Shown here one piece after another: positions 54,917 to 64,000 of a stretch of DNA of 64,000 bases; position 1 is the first letter of the stretch, and every line of letters begins with the position of its first letter. Origin of the DNA: Candidatus Omnitrophota bacterium. GTDB lineage: Bacteria > Omnitrophota > Gorgyraeia > 1-14-0-20-64-10. A program made the position numbers and the translations under genes. The notes under the pieces are model-generated. The model saw nothing but the letters and a program-made list of their open reading frames with translations. It was not told the origin of the DNA and made no database searches. The stretch spans positions 7,910 through 71,909 of the forward strand of contig JACOVG010000011.1 in assembly GCA_016177405.1 (NCBI GenBank), given 5' to 3'.

Positions 54917-55726
54917 CTAGGCTCCTCCGCGGGGAGGCCTCCGGAATGAAACCAGCAGATACCGGCCGGAATCTTGGATCTTGGGGCTGACATCGCGCTC
55001 GGCCCGAAAAAGGAGATCTTGCTGGCTTTCGTTGAGGTCATCTGGGTTGACCGCGAGCCACGAAAGAACCCCCATGGGAACAATGGAGAGAATCTCCATC
55101 TGGGCGTTCCGGTAAATCTCCTCCAGCTCCTGGCGGGTTTGCCAGTTGTAGTAAGAGCCCCAGAGCTTCCCTTCCCTCAAGGAGAGGACGGTCTGGGCCG
55201 CCTGGGTGTCCTTTCGGCCCAGGGCCTCGGCCACGTAATAGGCCCGGGGCCGGTGGGAGATGAAGCCCAGGCCGCCGGGCTTCAAGAGCCGGATCAGTCC
55301 GGCCAAAAGCTCCCTCCAATTCTCGCGCAGGTACAGCACCTCGGTGCAGAGCACGGCGTCGTAGGAGGAGGACGCCTGCTTGGGAAGCCAGCGGGCGAGG
55401 TTGGCCCGCACGGTCTTCACCGTTGCCGCTTCCCGTGCGGCGTGAAGTCTTAAGCGCCTTAAGGCGAGGTCCGAGGTGTCCACCCCGGTGACCTTGAATC
55501 CCCATTGGCTTAGGGGGATGGCCAGGCGTCCGGTCTGACAGCCGGCGTCTAGCAATTTCTTGGGGGGCTGCCAGCCCTGGTCCCTTAAGGTTTGCCTGAT
55601 CTGGTGAAGGTAAAGCCGGGCGAAGAACCGCTCCCCCTTGCTTTGAAACATGTCGTAGTAGGTCGGCTCATCGCGCAGGAGGGCCCTTTTCAATTTGCGC
55701 GCCGCTTTCTTCAGGGCTCTAATCAT
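54917..55726 (-). CDS. class I SAM-dependent methyltransferase
   Basis: Motif I LLDAGCQTGRLAIPL. Post-I acidic residue VTGVDTS. Confidence 0.75.
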   Translation of the reverse strand: MIRALKKAARKLKRALLRDEPTYYDMFQSKGERFFARLYLHQIRQTLRDQGWQPPKKLLDAGCQTGRLAIPLSQWGFKVTGVDTSDLALRRLRLHAAREAATVKTVRANLARWLPKQASSSYDAVLCTEVLYLRENWRELLAGLIRLLKPGGLGFISHRPRAYYVAEALGRKDTQAAQTVLSLREGKLWGSYYNWQTRQELEEIYRNAQMEILSIVPMGVLSWLAVNPDDLNESQQDLLFRAERDVSPKIQDSGRYLLVSFRRPPRGGA

Positions 55727-56507
55727 GGAGCTTGCGAAGCCCTTCGCTTAGGAGGTTGCAGCCTAAAACCAGGCCAAAGATGGCCAGGCCCGGAAAGAGG
55801 GAGAGCCACCAGCCCACCCCCAGCGTGGCCCTTCCCTCCGCCAGGATGTTTCCCCAGCTCGGCGTGGGGGGCTGTATCCCGATCCCCAGGAAACTCAAGC
55901 CCGATTCGATGAAGACGGCGCTGCCCAATCCCAGCGTCGCGCTCACCCCCACCGGGGCCAGGGCGTTGGGAAGGAGGTGGCGCCCAACGATCCGGGCCCC
56001 GGAGGCCCCGAATCCCCGGGCGGCCAGGATGAACTCCCGTTCCTTGAGGCTCAAGATTTCAGCCCTGACCAGCCGGGCGACCTCCATCCAGCTGGTCGCT
56101 CCGATGATGGCCACGAGGTTGAAGAGACTCGGCTCCAGAAAGGCCACGCTGGCCAGGATCAGGAAGAGGGTGGGAAAACAGAGCATGATGTCGGTGAAGC
56201 GCATCACCAGAAGGTCCACCCATCCCCCCGCGTAGCCGGCCACCGATCCGAGCGCGACCCCGAGGGTGACCGCCAGAAGCACGGCGACGCTCGCGACGGT
56301 CAAGGAGACGCGGCCGCCAAAGAGCATCCGCGCCCACAGGTCCCGGCCCAGCTGGTCGGTTCCCAGGGGGTGGCCGCCGCCGGGCGGCGCAAGGGCCTCT
56401 TCCAGGTGGATTTCGCCCGGGTCGGCGGGGGCAAGCCAGGGGGCCGCCAGGGCCGCCAGCGCGAAGCCGGCCAGGAGGATCCACCCCGCCGCGAGGGTTT
56501 TGTTCAC
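55719..56507 (-). CDS. ABC transporter permease (DppC/OppC-like)
   Basis: Six TM helices and a BPD_transp_1 EAA-like loop. Confidence 0.8.
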   Translation of the reverse strand: MNKTLAAGWILLAGFALAALAAPWLAPADPGEIHLEEALAPPGGGHPLGTDQLGRDLWARMLFGGRVSLTVASVAVLLAVTLGVALGSVAGYAGGWVDLLVMRFTDIMLCFPTLFLILASVAFLEPSLFNLVAIIGATSWMEVARLVRAEILSLKEREFILAARGFGASGARIVGRHLLPNALAPVGVSATLGLGSAVFIESGLSFLGIGIQPPTPSWGNILAEGRATLGVGWWLSLFPGLAIFGLVLGCNLLSEGLRKLHD

Positions 56508-57487
56508 CCGGCTTCCTCTTCATACCGGATCCGGGGATCGGCCAGGGCATAGGCCAAATCGGCCAAGAGATTTCCTATCAGGGTCAGGACGGCCCCCAGA
56601 ACGAGCAGGCCCATGATGACCGGGTAATCCCGGCTCATCACCGAGTCAAAAAAGAGGCGCCCCATCCCGGGAATGGCGAAAATGGATTCCAGGATGACCG
56701 AGCCGCCCAGGAGTCCCGGCACCGACAGCCCCAACAGGGTGATGAAGGGCAGAAGGGCGTTGCGCAGGGCGTGGCGGTAGAGAACCGCTTTCTCCGAGAG
56801 CCCCTTGGCGACAGCGGTTCGGATGTAATCCTGTTTTAGAACGTTCAAAACCGAGGAGCGCAGATAGCGGGCGTAGCCGGTCAGTCCGCCTAAAACCATG
56901 ACCCCCACCGGCAGGATGAGGTGGCGCGCCCCGTCGGCCAGCCGTTCCATCATGGAAAGAGGCTGTATCCCCAGGGAGCTTAAGCCGGAGACCGGCAGCC
57001 AAGCCAATCTTACCCCGAAGAGATCCAGGCCCAGGATGGCCACCCAGAAGGAAGGCAGAGCGAAGAGTATAAAGAGGAAGAGACCTGTCCCGTGGTCCCA
57101 CAGGGAGCCTTCCGCGGCCGCGCTGGAAACCCCCAGGGGGATGGCTGCCAGGAGAATGAGAAACAGCGCCGCCAGGTTGATGGTGAGGGTCACCGGGATC
57201 CGCTCGGCGATCTTGGTTGAAACTGTCCGTCCGTCCTTGAAGGAGCGCCCGAAATCCCCTCGAAGGCACCGGGCGAGCCACGCGAGATACTGCTGGGGCA
57301 AAGGCCGGTCCAGGCCGTAAAGCTTGACGAGCTCGGCCTTGGCCTGAAGGGAGATCTTGATGTTGAGGTCCGTGATGACGTCGGTGGGCCCGCCAGGCGC
57401 CAGGTGCATGGTGAAGAAGCTCACCACCGTGATCCCCAGAAGAACCGGAAGGGTCCAGGCCAGGCGGCGGGCGAGGAGGCCTATCAA
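56504..57487 (-). CDS. ABC transporter permease (DppB/OppB-like)
   Basis: MIGLLARRLAWTLPVLLGITVVSFF N-terminus typical of DppB. EAA loop. Confidence 0.8.
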   Translation of the reverse strand: MIGLLARRLAWTLPVLLGITVVSFFTMHLAPGGPTDVITDLNIKISLQAKAELVKLYGLDRPLPQQYLAWLARCLRGDFGRSFKDGRTVSTKIAERIPVTLTINLAALFLILLAAIPLGVSSAAAEGSLWDHGTGLFLFILFALPSFWVAILGLDLFGVRLAWLPVSGLSSLGIQPLSMMERLADGARHLILPVGVMVLGGLTGYARYLRSSVLNVLKQDYIRTAVAKGLSEKAVLYRHALRNALLPFITLLGLSVPGLLGGSVILESIFAIPGMGRLFFDSVMSRDYPVIMGLLVLGAVLTLIGNLLADLAYALADPRIRYEEEAG

Positions 57488-59119
57488 CTAAGGCTCCAGC
57501 CGGAAGCGTTGGCGGGCGCGGGGGGCGTACCAGTGGATCAGGTTGTGCCCCACCCCGAGGGGGCTCACCTCAACGCCCTCGAAGCGGCGGTGGACCGCCG
57601 GCAGGGCGTCCGGCACAAAGAGAAAACAGACCGGCTGATCCTCGTACAGAATCCGGTGCAGCTCGTGGTAGGCCTTGCGCCGGCTCGCTTCATCGTAGGT
57701 GGTCCGGCCCTTGATCAGAAGCTCGTCCACCCGGGGGTCGCGGTAGCCGATGAAGTTGAACTCGCCCGGCTTCGTTTTGGAAGAGTGCCAGATGTCGAAG
57801 GGGTCCGGTTCCCGCGAGAGGGCCCAGCCCAGCAGGATCGCCTCAAAGCGCCGCTTGTCGATGAACTCCTTAAGCAAAGACGACCACTCCAGGATCCGGA
57901 TCTTGACCCTGACCCCGATCTCCTTGAGCCGGCGTTGAATGATCTGGGCGGTCAGCTCCCGGGTCAGGTTGCCCTGGTTGGTCAGGAGGGTGAACTCAAA
58001 GGGTTGCCCCGCCCGGTCCAGAACGCCGTCGCCGTCCTTATCGCTCCAGCCGGCTTCAGCCAGAAGGGCGCGGGCGTAAGAGGGGTCAAAGGGAGCGGGC
58101 TGAACCTCGGGGTTGCAGGCCCACGATTCCGGCGGGAACGGACCCGTCGCTTCCCGCCCCAGCCCCAGCAGGACTCCCTGGATGATCTCGGATTTGTCGA
58201 TGGCCAGATTGATCGCCTGACGAACCCGCCGGTCCTGGAATTTCGGATCCTGGAGGTTGTAGCCCAGGTACGTGTAGCCGAAGCTCGGAAAACGGAACTT
58301 CCGGAAGGAGCGCTCAAAGGCCGGGGCCTGGGACATGCGGGCGAATTGAAGCGGCGTCAGGGACGCCCAATCCACCCCCTGGGCCTGCAGCTCAAGGAAG
58401 ATCGTGGAGGCGTCGGGGATCACCCGGAAGAAGCAATGGTCCAGGTAGGGCCTGCCCTCGAAGTAATCGTCGTTGGCGGAAAGCTCGACCCGGTCGCCCC
58501 GGATCCAGCGGCGGAACTTGAACGGTCCTGTGCCCACGGGATTTTCCTTGAAGGCCGTTGTCAGGAGGTCCTGCCCCTTCAAGAGGTGCTCCGGAAGGAT
58601 GGACATTCCCCAGGAGGACAAGGCGGGCGCGAAGGGTTCTTTGTACCGGACGCGGATCGTCCGGTCATCGATGACGGTCAACCCCGCGATTCGCTCGAAG
58701 TCCCCCCGGTAGGGGGTGGGCACCGCCGGGTCCATCAATTTTTCGTAGGTGAAGGCGACGTCCCGCGTGGTCAAGGGGTGTCCGTCGTGCCAGCGGATCC
58801 CCTTCTTGAGGGTGAACTCGATCGTTAATCCTCCGTCCAGGATCTCCCAGCGCTCGGCCAGGTCGCCGGTCACGCGCAGGTCCACGTCGTATTTGACCAG
58901 GCCGTTAAAAAGGAGAGAGCAGACCTCGGCCGAGGCGCTGTCCGAAGCGAGGATGGGCACCAGGGTCGAGGGCTCTCCCAGGGAGGCCGAGATCAGGGCA
59001 TCGCCATAGGAGGGGGCCGGTTCCTGCGAAGGGGGGAGAAGGCTCGCGAGAGAGGGAGAAAGCCCGGCCAGAAGAAAAGCCGTCAGACCAAAGGCGAGAC
59101 TACTCCTTCTCCTGGCCAC
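57488..59119 (-). CDS. ABC transporter substrate-binding protein, family 5 (peptide/nickel type)
   Basis: Signal peptide. SBP_bac_5 architecture. 543 aa. Confidence 0.8.
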   Translation of the reverse strand: MARRRSSLAFGLTAFLLAGLSPSLASLLPPSQEPAPSYGDALISASLGEPSTLVPILASDSASAEVCSLLFNGLVKYDVDLRVTGDLAERWEILDGGLTIEFTLKKGIRWHDGHPLTTRDVAFTYEKLMDPAVPTPYRGDFERIAGLTVIDDRTIRVRYKEPFAPALSSWGMSILPEHLLKGQDLLTTAFKENPVGTGPFKFRRWIRGDRVELSANDDYFEGRPYLDHCFFRVIPDASTIFLELQAQGVDWASLTPLQFARMSQAPAFERSFRKFRFPSFGYTYLGYNLQDPKFQDRRVRQAINLAIDKSEIIQGVLLGLGREATGPFPPESWACNPEVQPAPFDPSYARALLAEAGWSDKDGDGVLDRAGQPFEFTLLTNQGNLTRELTAQIIQRRLKEIGVRVKIRILEWSSLLKEFIDKRRFEAILLGWALSREPDPFDIWHSSKTKPGEFNFIGYRDPRVDELLIKGRTTYDEASRRKAYHELHRILYEDQPVCFLFVPDALPAVHRRFEGVEVSPLGVGHNLIHWYAPRARQRFRLEP

Positions 59120-59411
59120 TGGTATCGGGCCCGGGTTCGACTCTTTCCACCTTGATCCGCTCCATGAGGGAGCGGCCGCGGCGGACCGACAGAAAGGCCA
59201 GAGTCAGAGAGGTCAGCATGAAGACCGTGGCGCTCACGGCGGTCGCCCGGACAAGGTAGACAGCCCCGCGGGTTCCAAAGAAGGAGCTGCTGGACCCGCC
59301 GAAGCTGTCGGACAGGCCTCCGCCCCTTCCGGCCTGCAGGAGGATCACCGCGATGAGGACAAAGCAGACGATCAGATGGAGCGTCAGGACGGTTCCGTAG
59401 AGCATGCGCAC
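59100..59411 (-). CDS. secG: preprotein translocase subunit SecG
   Basis: LLQAGRGGGLSDSFGGSSS motif. Two TM helices. gap-pgk-tpiA-secG order. Confidence 0.8.
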   Translation of the reverse strand: MRMLYGTVLTLHLIVCFVLIAVILLQAGRGGGLSDSFGGSSSSFFGTRGAVYLVRATAVSATVFMLTSLTLAFLSVRRGRSLMERIKVERVEPGPDTSGQEKE

Positions 59412-60180
59412 CCCCCCTTAGCCTTTACGGCCGATTGAAGCATCGATAAGAAGCTTTCCGCCTGCAGGCTCGCTCCGCCCACCAGCAGGCCGTCCACATC
59501 GGGCAGGCGAAGGAGCTCTTCGGCATTGTCCGGCTTGGCCGAGCCGCCATATTGGAGGCGCAAGGCGGTGGCGCAGGAAGGGCTGAACCGCTTCGAGAGC
59601 CACTGCCGGATTTGCGCGTGCACCTCTTGGGCCTGGGCCGGCGTGGCGTTCTGCCCCGTGCCGATGGCCCAGACCGGCTCATAAGCCACCACCTGCTTGG
59701 CCGCTGCGAGAGGCTCAACCCCCTCGAAAGCCGTCGCGAGCTGCCGCTCGATCACCTGCCAGGTTTGGGCCCTCTTTCTCTCCTCCAGGGTTTCCCCGAC
59801 ACAGAGAATGGCTCTCAAGCCGCCCTGAAGAACTCCCATGAGCTTCTGATGGATCATGGCCTCCGATTCCCCCAACCCCCGGCGCCTCTCGGAGTGCCCC
59901 ACGATGACCCAGCTCACCCCGATCTCCTTGAGCATGGGAACCGAAACCTCCCCGGTGCAGGCCCCCTCGGCTTTCCAGTGGCTGTCCTGAGCTCCCAGAA
60001 GAACTTGGCTTCCCTTGAGGCTCTCTGAAACGCTGTCCAGCCCGGTGAAGGGCGGACAGAGGACCACCTCCACTTGGGAGGTGATTTCGCGGGCTTCCCG
60101 GGCCACCGCCAGGGCCAAACGGGAGGCCTCGGGCCGGAGGGTGTTCATTTTCCAGTTGCCTGCGATGATGGGCAAGCGCT

Positions 60181-60184
<4 letters not shown>
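59384..60184 (-). CDS. tpiA: triosephosphate isomerase
   Basis: [15 protein letters not shown] and [11 protein letters not shown] motifs. Confidence 0.9.
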
Positions 60185-63376
<3,192 letters not shown>

Positions 63377-63384
<8 letters not shown>

Positions 63385-64000
63385 CGGGGGACTCCTTCAA
63401 AAAGCGGGCCGCCTCTTCGGGAGGGGTCGGGTTGATGTAGAAACCGGTGCCCCATTCGAAACCGGCCACGCGGGTGAGCCGGGGCACGATCTCCAGGTGC
63501 CAGTGAAAATCCTGGTCAATCGTCTTCCAGTAGCCCAGCCGGGGGCGCCGGAAGGGAGCGGTGTGAAGGATCATGTTGTAGGGAGGGTTCTTCAGAACCC
63601 TGCGCAGGCCCCCCAGGGTCTCCCGCAGGAGGCCGGCCAGATCCAGCCTTTCCGCCGGATTCATGAGGCTGACGTCGGCGCTGTGCCGCTTGGGCAGGAT
63701 CCAAAGCTCAAAGGGGAAACGGGAGGCGAAGGGGGCCAGGGCCACAAAATGCGAGCTTTCCTTGGCCAGGCGTTCCTGACCCAGGAGCTCCTGCCGGATC
63801 AGATCGCAGAAGATACAGCGCTCCTTGGCCTCGAAGTAGCGCAGGCAGCCGTCCAGCTCGTCCTTGATCCGGCTGGGGTTGACCGGCAGCGCGATCAATT
63901 GCGACCGGCTGTGGCGGTGCTTGCCTTCCCCGGCGGCGGTGCCGGAATTCTTGAAAAAGAGGACATACCGGAAGCGGGGGTCCCGCTCCAGGTCGATCAA
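63377..64000 (-). CDS. second GalT-like paralog (partial; continues beyond window edge)
   Basis: The C-terminal half aligns with the upstream GalT (DPRFRYVLFFKN...SQLIALPVNP...KERCIFCDL). Truncated at 64000. Confidence 0.6.

Overview
This 64 kb window is GC-rich (about 65%) bacterial chromosome from a diderm organism, judged from SurA, a PilQ secretin and SecG. Every gene I can support lies on the minus strand. The genes are tightly packed and many share overlapping stop and start codons. All plus-strand ORFs in the track look like antisense artefacts of the high GC content.

Gene order from high to low coordinates:
- a partial galT paralog, then galT, gap, pgk, tpiA and secG;
- a peptide-type ABC uptake locus (substrate-binding protein plus two permeases), a SAM-dependent methyltransferase and a NodB-type deacetylase;
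- a roughly 400 bp noncoding element bounded by 43 nt inverted repeats;
- a large type IV pilus / T2SS-like locus: HTH regulator, degenerate-GGDEF membrane protein, pilT, a standalone GspE-N (MshEN-like) domain protein, two full-length PilB/GspE ATPases, pilC, three tandem GspG-like pilin genes, PilV-, PilW- and PilX-like minor pilins, an embedded S8 subtilase, an SBBP beta-propeller in the PilY1 position, and pilMNOPQ;
- housekeeping genes: mgtE, RNase E/G, a TPR-HExxH lipoprotein, rplU-rpmA-obg-proB-proA-nadD, a CNNM/CBS protein, rsfS, argS, a short 645-aa Mfd, two parvulin-type PPIases including surA, pdxA and ksgA (16S rRNA dimethyltransferase, rsmA);
- a 6.9 kb gene for a 2,300-aa secreted protein of unknown function;
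- gatCAB, ctpA, a YibQ-like deacetylase, tsaD and mgtC;
- a bactofilin with a fused HTH domain followed by a membrane-anchored HTH protein, and a LarB-like gene.

The most unusual object is the giant gene. Eleven copies of a '(P/A)(A/T)(A/T)GLEE' motif cut it into about 10 modules, and nine of them use an identical 14 nt DNA motif. It also contains about 12 tandem helical repeats and an internal 290 nt direct duplication, and it interrupts the usual ksgA / gatCAB housekeeping neighbourhood. I found no rRNA, tRNA or CRISPR. All calls come from reading the translations and DNA by eye, without database searches. Start codons and repeat boundaries are approximate to within a few nucleotides.
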